DNA from: Dicyema japonicum
Taxonomy: Eukaryota; Animalia; Dicyemida
Length of the DNA stretch: 64,000 bases
Assembly (NCBI GenBank): GCA_011109175.1
Contig: RDEW01000011.1
Location: 180,193 to 244,192, forward strand
Direction of reading: 5' to 3'
Shown: positions 1-13,229 of the stretch, piece by piece
How positions within the stretch are numbered: position 1 is the first letter of the stretch
Layout: every line of letters starts with the position of its first letter
The notes under the pieces: generated by a model
Told to the model about the DNA's origin: nothing
The model's database searches: none
Seen by the model: only the letters and a program-made list of their open reading frames with translations
Made by a program: the position numbers and the translations under genes

Positions 1-1417
1 CGCTCGATTTTGGACAGCTAATTATATTAATCATCGAATAAAGCTTAGTTTTGATCCAAAAAGTAGCCCACGTGTGATGATTTGACTATTTAATTACCTT
101 GGACATTCATCCCTGCAATTAGACATCGCCTAAGTCTGCAGGATGCGCATTGGTTTCTGTTGGACTTGTTAAAGAGACAGTCTTGAGAATTCGTCCTGCA
201 GTAATATACGGATTTTTTACGGACAGAACGCTTAAATCATGATTTTTTGTAATACCTTAAAGAATCCGGCACATCTTAAAAATATTAAATAAAAGTACCC
301 GTCACAGCTGTGGATTCCGTAATGCTTTCCGGAGGAGTTGTCTCCGCAAACCCTACAAAACACATTTTGATGAATTCTGCCTATGATTTAGATTTAGAGA
401 AAAACTCCAACTTGATCTACTTTTAGCCATGTCTTGTGATATTGCGATGAACCAAAAATTATATCCTAAACGTCGTTTTGATTCCAATAATTCGCGTGAA
501 TTAATGATGGACATTTTACTGACAAAAATCCATAAAAGCACTCAAACTAGAAAATATCAAAAATTTCCATCGATTCTTGTGTCTTATTTCTTAGCTCAAA
601 TATTTCCATCGATTCTTGTGTGGTTTGAACTAAAATAAAGTTTAAATCGATATGACTACATATTTTAAAAATTTGAAATATTTGAACTAATTCCTATTAC
701 CCTAAAATTAATAGGAACTCGATTCCTCTTAATCAATTTGTGAGGGCTCACCATTGAATGGGGAAAGGGGGAGGTGATTGGAGAAGGGAAGAGCGATTTG
801 AGATGATAAATAATAAGATAAGTAATGAATGACGTATATGAGTCAGTTTATAGAACGTTTATTACGGATTATCATAATCGGAATGTTTAATGAATGTGAC
901 AGAATTGACTAGGTGGTTTTCAAAAATCTAACTAATTTTTGAAATTTTCATATTTTAGCACATCCATTTTGTCGGAATGAGTCATTTTAGAAAAAAAGTT
1001 TCAAAAAGGAAGACACGCGATTTGGATGAATATGTCAGTTCATTTTTAATTAGTCTGAAGGTCGAGGTGGTGACGTACCTCCATTGCACTAAATGTCCCC
1101 TTGAACAAATCCTCTGGTGAAGATTATATTATGAAACCTCTTCCGCCTAAGAATGAATTGCGACGGTAGGACGTTTGATGAAAATGGAAGAGGACGAACC
1201 TACTTCTCCCTTTCCCTTCGGAAATGGAGCACTGGCAAGTGTCTGGAATTGTGAACTTTTAAGTTTTAAAAGTAATTTAATTTTTGAGCTAAGGAATGAA
1301 ATTTCCAGGTACGATCCTCATAAAGAGTCAAGAAATTTGATGATCGGGCCCATCTTAGTCTTTTCTTCATATTAATCGTCACGTGGTGATTTACAAGACT
1401 TAAGTATTCAGTCTCAC

Positions 1418-1541
1418 GTGGCCATATGTGGTGCTATGTGGCTAGTTGGTCAAAAATTTATTTTCCCTCCCTCAGATGTCGTCATTGGATCCACCTTACT
1501 GAGAAGACGCCCAATGCCTGGCCAGCATCAAAAGGATCCAA
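1418..1541 (+). mobile_element. short non-autonomous retroelement family A, 5' part
   Basis: ATGTGGTGCTATGTGGCTAGTTGG...GGATCCACCTTACTGAG...GGATCC recurs at 19864-20101 (+) and 26189-26430 (-). Confidence 0.75.
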
Positions 1542-1852
1542 CTAAAAAATTAATTTTAAGTAATTTCAAGAGGAAATGAATAAACCGGAAGAAATAGAAA
1601 TTAGACCCTTTTATTGGCAATAAATCTTAAAATAGAAGAATTAACACCGTTTATAGAATACAGTGAAATGCTATATTCAAGCACGTGTCACGATATCCTC
1701 CTAATCTTCAGTTTGTCTCATCCGGCGACTTTTTGTTCAAGTAATTGAAGGATACACCTTCACCTCTCATTTTTATTAGTTCTATCGTTTTTGGAGTTTG
1801 AACGTTCACAAGTTAGTAAATCAAGTTATTAAAAAATTTAAGTTTCAACGCC

Positions 1853-2068
1853 GCGTCATGTGGTTTAAGTTCTATGTCCTGGGGCGCCCATAGGGCACCT
1901 AATGCGCCTCAAAGGCACTCCACTCAATCAGGAGGCATTCCCCCTTCCTGGCTACGCGTTCCAAACTATATCTCAACACCCCGAATCACTGCTGCTAAGT
2001 ATCGGAATCACGAGATTAATTTGTTTTATCTTATGCAGAATTTTTCAATTTTTGTGGGTAATAAAATT
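1853..2068 (+). mobile_element. putative bipartite non-autonomous LINE derivative (5' signature + 3' tail)
   Basis: Begins GCGTCATGTGGT...TGGGGCGCC like 19555, 31741 and 57125. Ends with CGGAATCACGAGATTAATTTG...GGGTAATAAA, resembling the shared LINE 3' tail. Confidence 0.45.
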
Positions 2069-2194
2069 ACATTTAGATTTTGATTTTTGAAATCTTGACT
2101 CTGAAACTGAGTTAAGAATCACGCTTATTGCACGATAAATATGAATTTATTATCTCATTATACAATCTTTTTTAGCACATTCGCGTTACCAGTA

Positions 2195-2475
2195 GACACT
2201 GTGGTTTCGCCTGTTCGCAGAACACACACTTTATTTTAAGCAGAGAACAGTTATCATAGCTAATCGATGAGGGAGAACCAAGGATGCTCTTCACTTCTTT
2301 GTTTTCCTTTTTTGGGTGTATGTCCTATATAGACGATCCGGTTCCGCAGTAAATGTTCACTGATTACGGCGTCACTCGTCAAGCCAAAGCATATTGATGC
2401 GTGGAACCTTCAACCGAACTGTACAGTATCGGGAATCGGACTAGCGAGCTTCAGGCCTCTAGTCCGGCAAACGTC
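2195..2475 (-). mobile_element. tRNA-derived SINE family B, diverged copy
   Basis: Reverse complement matches the core (GCTTGACGAGTGACGCC...CTGCGGAACCGGAT) and tail (AACTGTTCTCTGCTTAAAATAAAGTGTGTG) of the copies at 59567 and 63436. Confidence 0.75.
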
Positions 2476-2984
2476 ACACTGCGCCATAGCACGATCTGTG
2501 GGATCATAATTAAGGTCATAATCACACACGTGTCAAAACCAAGGACAAGTTGGCGATTATTTTACCTGATAGCATCAAATTGTCTAAAACAAATAAACCG
2601 GATATTACCTAATTATTTGAGGAAATTCAATTTTCAAATTTTCGATTAGAATTCTCAATTCCACGTGGTTTTGGTTCATCAAAAACTACTTTAAATTTAT
2701 AGGACAGAATATTTAAGAGAATATGGTGTCCAAAACTCATGAATTGCGAGATTTGCATGAATATTTTCGTTGCTCCAGTTTTGAAACCCTCTTCGAATTT
2801 TAAAAAGTCATTTAGGCGACCACGTGGATTTTCTATAAAATTGTATTTTCTTATAAAGAAAAGTGGAGAAGTATGGAAACTACTGCATAGAAGTATCTAA
2901 ATGCGTGCGGAATGTCTAATGGTTACTTTCAGATATATTCAGCACTTGGTATGACGATATGTTAGCCACGTGATATAACCGCAT

Positions 2985-3300
2985 TTTTATTTATTTTAAA
3001 AACCCAAGACCACTGTAAAACCAAACTAATTATCACGTGATCTCGATGCGTTCCATTATTTCCCGGTGTTTCTCTCGTGCCCTCGCATGATCGTACAAGA
3101 CGGCTCACTGAATTCACGAGCCCGAATTCCCGCATTCTGGAATCTAGTCTCACAAGGGCCCCCAGAGGCGTCGGTCTGGTTCGATGTTCTCCACAAAAAC
3201 AACGCTCCGTTACCCTTAAAGTCCTCAGAAGTGAGATGGATTTCAGTCCTCTGGGGGATACATGTCCCCTTCGTCCATTTAGGAAGTTGGTGATCCAAAG
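2985..3300 (-). mobile_element. LINE 3' fragment with GAGATCACGTGATAATTAG tail
   Basis: RT-like KLKLWITNFLNGRR, then about 200 bp homologous to 24560-24780 (+), including the tail. Confidence 0.75.
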
Positions 3301-4099
3301 CTTGAGCTTCCCTGGGATCTCTGATTGAAAAATTTTTCTCGATGGTATCTTCCTCGAGACTGAGTCCGCTTTGCGTATGTCGATCGAGTAGAGCACTTTT
3401 TTTAAGTGTCTCGGCTTTTTTGCAAATCCATCACGAATGAAGTTGTCAATGTTTGTAAGTTTTTGAATCCTTGCTGAAAAGGCCTATCTGGTTGAGATCT
3501 TTTATTCTCTGGAGCACAAGACTCTCCAGGATTTTTGAAATTGAAGTGACCCCGGTTTAAAAGACGCTGACTCACTCTTGGTCTTCCATGTTTTAATATA
3601 TCGAACAGAACCCCGAGCCCCACAAAAATAGGAAATTCCTCAAAGTCATTCAGCCTTGAACACAAATCCACTGAGTTTATTGCCTTTGAAGGTGACAATC
3701 ACGTTGAGGTTACTTCCATCCTTGGATTGACTGATATCGAGTCTCGAGAATTTGAATAGGTCGACAAAAATATCAGCAGAATTCTTACGGACAGCTACAT
3801 CCACTTGCAACCGGCAAACAAAGACTTTATCTACCAAGAAATAAATTTTGGAAGAGGCCTCGAGTCTGTCAGTAACAAAGCAGAACAAATGCTCCTCCGA
3901 TTTTATGGTGACTTGGAACATAAGGCAAATTATTGCCTAAGAAGAGCGGGAATACTACGGGTCATTAATTCAAAGAAAACACACATGGGCACTATCGTAG
4001 AATTCATTTCCCGAAAGTACAACATTGAAAATGTGAAGGAATTGTCGAAATCACTCCCCTATAACCGAGGGAAGGCTGTGTCTACTTTAGGATCGTAAT

Positions 4100-4900
4100 A
4101 TATTTTTTGATAACGGAGAAACTAATTGCGGACATTGTAACTTACCAAAGAAGACCTCCAACTAGGTGTGGAAGAATTCTGAATGGATTGTATCACAGGT
4201 GGCACAACAAAGTGGTCAGATGTTTAACCTACACCTCTGCCGTCAATATGGAATAAGAAAAACAAAGAAACCCTTCAGCAGTCTATGCATGCCCATACTT
4301 GAGGGAAGTTCTGTCCAGGGAAAACCCCTCTGGATGGATGTCGACTAATGATCCTTTTTTGAATATAATTTAAAACTAATAGGGTTGTGGTAAATCTTAC
4401 ATACAAGTTAAATAGGGCGGGTGATAAAGAAGAACCTTGTGGAACACCATTTGGTAGTAATCTTGAAACTGATTTGGTCCCATCCATATATAATCGGGCC
4501 CTTCTTTCATTGAGTTAGCAAGCCAGAGTTTTATATTGGTGTTGAAGGAGAAGCCTAATAATTTTTGGATAGAATTTTCTCGGAGACAGAGTCGAAGGCC
4601 TTTTGTAAGTCGACCGAGCAAACGACGGTTTTGAGGTCGCGTGTTAAAGCCTTCAAGGATGAATTGGTCGAGGGCAATGAGGTGGGTAGAGGTTGAATAA
4701 CCCCTTCTGAATCCATGTGTTAGGATGAAAAAGGAAGGGACGGAACCCAAAAAAGGAATCCGATCGCTTCTACGAATCACCGATAGAAGCTGCAGATACA
4801 CGTAAATTAGAGAAAAAAGCACGCCTCTCATATTCTCATGATTGAGGAACGTCTTGGATTTCGAAAAGCTATGGGTTCTATGCAGGAGCACATCAAAAAG
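4100..4900 (-). mobile_element. degenerate LINE reverse transcriptase fragment
   Basis: HGFRRGYSTSTHL and GVPQGSSLSPALFNLYV motifs in frameshifted ORFs 4397..4891 and 4275..4487. Confidence 0.85.
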
Positions 4901-5529
4901 CTCTCTATCCTATTAAAATCTACCTGGATCACTTAATTAGATGTTTAACTCCTTTCATGGTGTTTTCTTTTTCGGTGTTAGTCAATACATGGGAAGAATT
5001 CATCCTCTTTGACTAACTAACCGTGAAGTGCATTGATCAATTTTTAAATTCAAAATAGTATTTGTTATGTCTGTGTTTATTTCTTAAAGTTCACATTATA
5101 GAGTTTTCAGATCAATACAAGATTTGTAGCGATCAATACAGACATTCCAGTCAAGCTCATTTTGACGTCTAATTTTTTGATATTTTTTTAAATACTCTCA
5201 AAGTTTCAAATGAGGTCGACTATGAGAGACACGTACGATTTCTTACTTTAAGATCCTCAGCAACACGAATGGCAGGTCAGAAAACGTTGATAACTTCACT
5301 AGGCCTGATTAGCATAAAAATCAGTTTTTTACGTAGTCTCTGATCCATCTAGTGCTTATGATTATTAATCCTGGTACCAGTTGGGCAAGTAGTCAATTGG
5401 TAGAAAAGTTGAGGTGACTACGCTCCTTTATTGCAAAAAATCTTATTTATTTTCATAAGTGAAAACCTCCGTCTTCCTTCTTTTTTGAGCATTATCAGAA
5501 GGTGACGAGTTAGAAGTTCTGAACATGGA

Positions 5530-7340
5530 AGTGTCGGATGCACGTAGGATCTGGGTTCGAATTAAAAGAACTCAGAGGATCATCTCTTGGCACTTATTCT
5601 ACAGGATAAGTCCAAAGAGTTCAGGTTCTCACTGCTTAATGTCCACAATTCGAATTACCTGTTATTATGCGGTCCCCCGAATGCAAAGCATTCAATATGT
5701 CTCAAGAACCAGCTGGGAGATGTCAGAGGAAACCAATTATTACCAAATTTTGATAACCTAGTAGTTTAAACAACTCTATGTTCAATACAAGAACTCCTTA
5801 CAGAGTAAAAGACAGGATCTCCTCTCATGACCTTAAGCTTGCTTTCCCGAAAATCGCCACACTCTCCAATTGGGTAGTGACCATAACCCTATACTTATCA
5901 CGTTTAAAGGAAGAGTGCCCACTAAAAGGAAAGCCATATTATTCACTAACTACAAAAATGTCGACTGGAGAAAGTATTATGACTTGGTCGACTATTACGG
6001 CCCGACTGATTTCAAGTCCCTTGATAATTCATTTTAGTGTAGTGAGGGGTGAGAATTTTCATTAAAAGAAAACCAATCCGTTTCACGAAGAAACTGTCCC
6101 TGCAACTGACTCAATTACCAAGGATAGAAATTACTTAAAAAGCCTCCAGAATCAATCTTGGGAAACTAGGGAGAGAGTCCGGATAATGAGATCAGAAACA
6201 ATGCCAAGAAAAAGCGGGATAGGGTCTGGAATAACCTCATGTCCACCTTAAGTAAGCAGAGCAACCTCACTAGGATGTGGAATACACCTTGGGGCTTCAC
6301 CAACTCTGAGAGGACTCTCTCTTACGACAATTTGGAGAACAAAAACTTTTAAAAAAATCATAAAATTTTATTCCCCGTGAGTTTTTTCACACAAGAAACT
6401 TGAGGGCCCTTCACTTTCATCCAACAAATCTGAGTGTACCGCCACCACAATTGTTCTCTCAGTGGAAAATGTGGTCAAAACAATTCAAAATAAAATCCCA
6501 ACAAGTATACTGGAAAAATGGGCCCTTATGCTATCGTGACCCTCACCCGAATTTTCAAATTTTTTATCCATAGGAACTCTCTCCCATTCATATGGAAGTT
6601 ATCTAAGTTAAGACCGATTTTGAAACTCAGACGTCCAAAGGACTCATTTAAACAGATATTTCTCTTGTGCGCCTCCTAAAAATCTAGCAAAGCTCAATAA
6701 ACCTTACCTTCCCAGGTATCTTTACAACACGGGTTTGAGAAGGGTCACTTCACAACAACTCATCTAACAAAATTTATCAATGATAGCCTACGATGAAAAC
6801 CTCGGCATCAAAAGCCTATAATATGCTCCATTGACATACAACAGGTTTTTAACTCGCAAGGAAATTACTTATAAAAAAGATCTTTGTCTCAGGCATTTCA
6901 AACAAATTAAAAATTTGGATTGCAAACTTACTTAAATGGACGGAGAGAAAGATAGTACGTTCCACGGAATCTGTCACTAAATTTCTGCCAAACGGAGTTC
7001 CACAAGATCCCCTCTGACATTCATTTTGTTCGACCTTTACCTGAACGATGTCCCCTTCGTATCAGCGAGGATACGCACTATAATTTTTACTTCAATAGAA
7101 GACTAACTCGGTACCACTCTTGACACTTAATGGAGAATTAATCTCCTCCACCAACTCTGTCAAGTTATTGGGTATCGCGTGCGATCTTTTCATGACATTC
7201 GGTGAACACTTAACAACGTCATATCCTCGTCCCAACGTAATCTGAACTTTGTAAAAACACTCTTTCGAAGCACTCGTGAGGAGAACAGGAGCCCTATTGA
7301 CACATACAAAGTTCTCAAAAATAACACATGCATACATGAA
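5530..7340 (+). mobile_element. degenerate APE-RT LINE, near-complete ORF2
   Basis: APE remnants (LLNVH, CGPPNAKH, GDVRGNQLL, NTRTP) followed by RT remnants (GFEKGHFTTTHL, NGVPQ, VKLLGI), with many stops and frameshifts. Confidence 0.8.
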
Positions 7341-8749
7341 GTGCGTCGAATATCTTTCAGACGAAGGTGAGATGGCTTATTGAGGTAGTCGGGATCATCG
7401 GACGATTACGTATTCCATCTAATCTGTCAACGATTCTTGGTTTTAAAATAAAACAAATGAGATTGGATTCAATGATCACCAGAATTGAGCTTGTTGAAAG
7501 TGATTTTTGTAAGTTTCAGCAAAATCATCCTTAGAGCAGATTCCAGCAATTTATTGTATTCATTAGAATAACAGACATAGGGTTTTTGATCGAGGTTTTT
7601 TGTGGGGTTTCTGAACAGGAATCAGAATTCCTTGTCCCAGCGGAAGCTTCCTCTTATATCTATACACGTGGTTCGGAATTTTGGCAATATTTAAAAGTAC
7701 CGTCTTGAGTCCATTTGGACCAGGACTCTTGTCATTCACAAGTCGTATAAGTGCCAGTTGAACTTCTTGAGGGTTATTGTCTCCTATAGATCTAGCCTTT
7801 CAGAAATAAATGCTATCCGATGTAAATAGCTTCTTAAAACGGTCTGCTATGATTTCCACTGGCTCATTTTGATCAGTCATCGAGAGTTAATGGAGGCCTA
7901 TACAAGCTACCATGGAGTAGCCGTCCAAACCTTATTTCAAAGTAATTCGCTGGATCTTACGCTTGTAATGCCGAGGATCTTAAAAGTAAGAAATCATACT
8001 TTTTTCCAGCCGATCTTAGTTGAAACCTTGAAAGTCTCACACAAACGAGAATCGGAAAAATTGGAGATTATTCGGGAACGCGAGAAGGAAAGTCAGAATT
8101 AGCTTTTCCAGAATATCAGCCTTGAAATATTGAGGGGCAACTTAAATTTATTTTGTAGGAGATGGTTCATTGAACGTATTTTCAAATCGTCAAGGGGAAT
8201 GCGGTCTCAACTACGAGAACATCCAGTATTTGTTAGTTTTTTAATTTATTTTGGCTTAAAAATTTATTTTGTTATGTAATAATGTTATAATAACATTTGC
8301 GGTCACAATTCAGCAATTATTTAAATTGCGGTTTTGAAAAGCCTAAATTATTAATTTAATGTTTTTTGTGAAAATCTAATGTTTTTTCATTACAAGCGAT
8401 ATAATACTTAATGAAGAGATCAAGGACATTTACTGTAGGCTACAATGATAATTACATGAGGATAGCACAAGAGGCCACTACTTTGTTTGAAATTTAAGTA
8501 CAAGGACGGAATGAACAATAATGTAAGGGTCTAACCTCGTATTTGCCAGAAAAAAACGAATCCTAAAGAAAATATTTTGTGTAAGCATGAAAGAAGACCC
8601 TTCCAGGAAACGGTGGAGAGATGAAAGATCATTTGGATACTTTGTTTTTTCATGGTAACCCTGGAGTTTTTAATAAAAATGATTTTATACTAATGGTCGG
8701 AACCTGATTAGGGAGGCTACTGGTGTTACATTTACTCTCCGAAAAAATT

Positions 8750-9020
8750 TGTAGCTTCAGGCTCGGAAGAGGCAAGCTTCAAGAAAGCTGAGGATCAGAA
8801 GAGAAGAGAGTACCGAAGTTTTTCGAAGAATCATTTGTTTGTTAATTTTGCTGCTGAGACGTCAGGAATCTTTGGTCCACAGGTGGACAACTTACTCCAT
8901 CGGATCGGCTCAATCACCCAAAGGGTCACCAAGGATCTACGTTAGACTGGATGGCTTCGAGAGTGTATCTTAATAGCTAGTATAGGAGGAAACAGCCTGG
9001 CCATTAGATTAAAATTTATT
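8750..9020 (+). mobile_element. CRE-like retrotransposon 3' fragment (REL endonuclease end)
   Basis: Nucleotide and peptide homology (KRREYR...FAAETSGIFG...GGNSLA) to the CRE 3' end at 51130-51420. Confidence 0.75.
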
Positions 9021-9299
9021 TTGTTGTTTTGACTCTCATAAATTGATTTGTTAATTTTCTAGTCATTTTTTGCTTATTTTTGAAGCCAATTTTAATAAAA
9101 AACATAATCTGAAATGTTTGATTATCAAAACAATTTTTTGATAAACATTTATACATTTTATTGATTTAATGTTATTTTTCAATTTTGCAAAGAAATTATA
9201 CCACAAGTCCCCAACCTCTTATTCAGAGAGTTCATCTAACGACAACTTCACTTAAATAACAAAATCAAGAAATTTGAACAAAATTTGAAAAAAACTTCC

Positions 9300-9745
9300 G
9301 CCATGTGGTTTGGATGTCTACTCATGTTTGTTTGAACTGTTAGTTGTTATTCAGAAAATTGTGATTAAAACCACCTGCACTTGAAAGCACTAGGTCTTTG
9401 AAAACCGAAGTATAAGGGAAAGGCCCCATCTTGTACATTTTGGTAATTTGTAAAAGTGACTCCACCCAATTTGAACACCACAACCGCAATCGATTATAGT
9501 ATAAATACACTTCATTAACGAAATCATTGATCGGAAAGTCGTAGCAACTTTAAAGTATCAATTTATACAATTTCAGAACAATGAAGAGAAGGTCGACATG
9601 TTCACTTGATGAAGCTTATATGGAAGCAATGTTATATTGCACAAATAACACGGGGATCATCAACGCAAACGACCAAGACGAAACGTTGACCAAATCGACG
9701 ATTCAAACGAGAGATAATTCGTCGGGGGATTCTAAGCAGGGCTAA
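9300..9745 (+). CDS. candidate small orphan gene, 3' exon(s) only
   Basis: A clean 22-nt GT-AG intron (9555-9576) joins ...VATLK to TMKRRSTCSLDEAYMEAMLYC...KQG*. Upstream exons could not be resolved and the 5' boundary is a guess. Confidence 0.3.
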
Positions 9746-9830
9746 CTAATTCTCTAATCTCTGTAACCATAGAACGTTAAAACTAATAAGTCGTTATTAT
9801 GTGAGATAGTAAATAGTTAAATCAAATAAC

Positions 9831-11206
9831 CTATCTGTAATACTTCGTGCGGATGAAAGGGAGTTTGGTGATTTTGGCCTCATAGTAACTCCCCCGCACG
9901 TTGAACTGCACCAAACTTTCATTTCTTGACTGAAAGTTTACGTAAGCCATAGCCAGGTTCCCCTTCACTTGTACTCCAACACAGGAACTTGTCACGTGGC
10001 CAATTTGAGTTCCGTTCATGTCGAAGATTTTAGTCCCAGCTAAAAAGATTATCAATGGAAGTACCCCTCATCTGCGGAGTCCTAGTATCACTGATGAGTC
10101 CCACGCGAGCCGATTTGTTTTGACTCACGAGAACCTCCTTCATCTTTTCGTACCCTTTAAAGTACCCTTCGGAGACTTTTTTCTTGCCTAGCGAGAAATA
10201 TAAGCCAAAATCAAACTCAACACCCACAAGAGATAAGCATCTCTAATGTTGATTGATTTGTTCAGCTCATTCCCGTACAAACAAAGACCTGCTTCGATCC
10301 GAAGTGAGTCACGTGCTGATAAGCCAGACAGAAGTCCTTTAGAGCCTCCCTTCGAGAAATTGAGGATTTGTGTAGCCACAAACTCGGCACAGTCATTAGG
10401 GACCATTAACTAACTGAAAACACAAAAAAACTTCAAATCCGTCTTCTCCTGTGTATCCCACTCGGGAGATCCTACAGTTTGGTACCCCGAATGCCTTGAC
10501 CGGAAAAATGGAATTCATGAAATTCAACTTATCCAATTTTAGGTCAAATCCTCTTTGGAGACATTCCATGGACATCGGTCCTTCAATAAAGGGTGGAAGG
10601 TACCCTGAATAGCCAACAGAGTCATGTTGAGAGGTTCCAAGGTAACATTCCAGTTAAATTGGTCAATCATGGTCTAACACGTGCTCTGAAAAGCCAAACC
10701 CGTAAGTGGGTAATGTCTTCATTAGCCTGACTGCAGTTAAGGACCACGTAGAAGGAATCCTCGGAGTCTCGGGTTATTACCAAATCATCAATAATCCCAG
10801 CATCGTCATTCAACATGACAGAATAAAGGCAGGCACCTGGTTTCATCTCCTTGATATTTCCCAGAGTAGCATGATCTAAGAGTCTAAGTTAACTAAAGGC
10901 AATACTCAACGACGTTATCTCCCTTTAGGATTACTTGCTTCATGTGGGTGACATCAAAGAGACCGAAAAACGATCGGACACTTTGATGTTCATTTAAAGG
11001 TGAGGAATACAGAAGTGGCATGCTCCACCCACAAAAATTGAACATCTTAGCGTTATTTCTCAAGTGAAATTCATGTAAACTACTACGGTGTAACTCAGTC
11101 TATAAATTAGCAAACTCAGCACATTTGTTGTAGAGCAGATCGTGCTAAAAGGTCTGATAAAATTAAAAGCTCGGAAAATTGAAGGATATATCTTAGAAGC
11201 AATCAT
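9831..11206 (-). CDS. AMT: aminomethyltransferase (glycine cleavage system T protein), mitochondrial
   Basis: Hand-spliced with 7 introns of 22-29 nt. Motifs: LHEFH, FCGWSMPLLY, GLFDVTHM, GIIDDLVI, LAIQGP, RVGYTGEDGFE, GLSARDSLRIEAGLCLYGNEL, IGHVTS, KLPF. Confidence 0.93.
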
Positions 11207-11799
11207 ACATTAATTCCAATCTGACAACTAACAATTAATTTTAATGTGCTAATGGTAAACCACATTAAATTTTCATAAATTTATCTAATTTTAAATTTAT
11301 ATTAGTTATTTAACTAAAATACAGTTTAATTGATCCCAAATTTACTAGCAACAATATTTAACTGCAGGGATTTAGGAATCGCTGCATTTTCCTACATATA
11401 AGCAGTTCGCTTAAAGCTTCAAACTAGAATTTGATTACTTCCTGTTCGAGAAAGGAGAGAATTCAACATGAACGCATGCCGACTCTAAGAATTGTCAGTT
11501 CGGTTTGCTAAGTTTACCGATGGCGTCGGAGATGCGTTAGTCAACAGCAAAGAAGATTTTGCTAAACTGAAAGGCAAAACTTTAAGGCACCGTGCTGTGA
11601 TGTGCTGCCTGGATTAAAAGAAAGGTTAACTAAAGGAGCTATAATGAATTTTATACAGTTCACAGAAATGTCGAAAATGCCAGAAATGCCAAGTCTAGCG
11701 CCAAGAGAAACTCAATGTGGTTTCCATGGAGATGATTGTTGTTGATTTAATTAATCTTTGAAAAATTAATTTGTTAACTTCAGGTTGGTTAACATGTAG

Positions 11800-12220
11800 G
11801 ACCCGACTCATCCGGCTCACTGTCGTTGGGTTTCCACAAACAAAAGGAGAATCATACCACTGTGACATAGTTCACAATCTTCAAATTATCCACGCTCAGA
11901 GTGCTTTCAGTCACGCTTAAAAATGATCCACGACTGGGTTTCCACGAATGGCATCAGAAGTCTTGGTACCAACAAGGTTCTGGGACACCTCCCATTGAAT
12001 ATTGACGGAAGCGGAGTTTTCCTACCGTGGGAAGTTCATGTCCACTTAGCTTACATCCATTGTGATCACCGCATGGATTTACGTTCCTATCTCAACAGAA
12101 CCGAACAATCGACCTCTCCATTTTCTCATCCTAGTTTCTTAACAACCAGAATACTGGCCACCTCTTTCCTTGTCTGGATCCACCTCCGAGTTCTGAACAG
12201 CACCAAATTATTGTATCATT
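11800..12220 (+). mobile_element. LINE ORF2 C-terminal fragment
   Basis: NKVLGHLPLNID...VHLAYIHCDHRMDLRSYLNR is homologous to 39990-40130 (NKILQRPPPPID...VNLARLQCGHH). Confidence 0.7.
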
Positions 12221-12221
12221 A

Positions 12222-12950
12222 ACCCCGGATACACCAAGGAAGAAGTTAACAGTTAACAACTAATTAAGTGAATCCTCTTCTCACTTCCACAGACACAGAG
12301 TCCTTCCAATGCCATACAAGTCTATCCAAAACCAACATAAAAGGTAGAAGTCCGTTTCTTTCAGTTGTGAGAACCACTTCAGTGGAGTGGGGGAGAGAAA
12401 ATTATCCTTTTTTGTATCACCCTGGCAATGGGCGCATGACGCCACTTTATTGGAAAAGTAAGAGAAGGAACTGAAGAAAAAAACAGAAATCTTCAATAAA
12501 ATAGCCACATGGCATCACACTTGGGAATTTCTGGGATCGTCCGCTCTTGGCTGTGACTTTCTTGCCGACCACCGGTTTCCGGAAATAAATAACATATAGG
12601 AAGCTAGCGTCTATTAGAAAGGGCTCCGACAAGACAGGTCGTTCACAGAGATCCTCCACTTTTACTACGATTACGGTGGTTCACGATAAGCAAAGAAGTC
12701 CCGAACTTTTCTTCCATACAGAGTTGGACTATGGCCACATCCAAGACCAAAAAATTAGTAAGAAAACCTTTTCTTTGATAATGAGTAGATTTACTTGCAT
12801 ACCAAGGAACTGATGGTAACACTTGTAGACTCTGAAGGCCCTCGGAAGCAACGATTCTAAAGTACTGGTCTCAGGAGGCCTTCCCCCATTTTTTGTTGTT
12901 TTCAAGCTCTCATATGATACGGGTGTGCACGAAGTTGTTATTTATTATTA
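12222..12950 (-). mobile_element. degenerate LINE 3' portion with hairpin tail
   Basis: Tail CCCCGGATACACC...AACTAATTAAGTGAATCC at 12222-12275. The body is homologous to 14320-14400 and 26486-26640. Confidence 0.65.
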
Positions 12951-13229
12951 ACCACGGAAACACCGAGAAAGAATCATGAGCAGAAAATCCTAATACAGTG
13001 CTAGTGGAAAAAATCCGGTTTTGCAGTTACAATTTTTGGCGTATAGCTTTTAATTTTTCAACGCAAATCAAAAAGCTGTCTCTATTTTGGCATATTTTTT
13101 GTTTATTACAAAATATTTTATATCATCGAAAATTTTTAATATTTATTTTTAGAGTGAAAATAAAAAACCGGTTTAAACAAAATTAACAGTTAGTAACTTG
13201 TGTGGTATCATCGATTAATTAATAACGCT

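Noticed and set aside
5355-5385. 2A-like motif (IINPGT) upstream of the LINE at 5530
   Set aside because: It lacks D(V/I)E, lies about 200 bp from the APE start and is not in a continuous frame.
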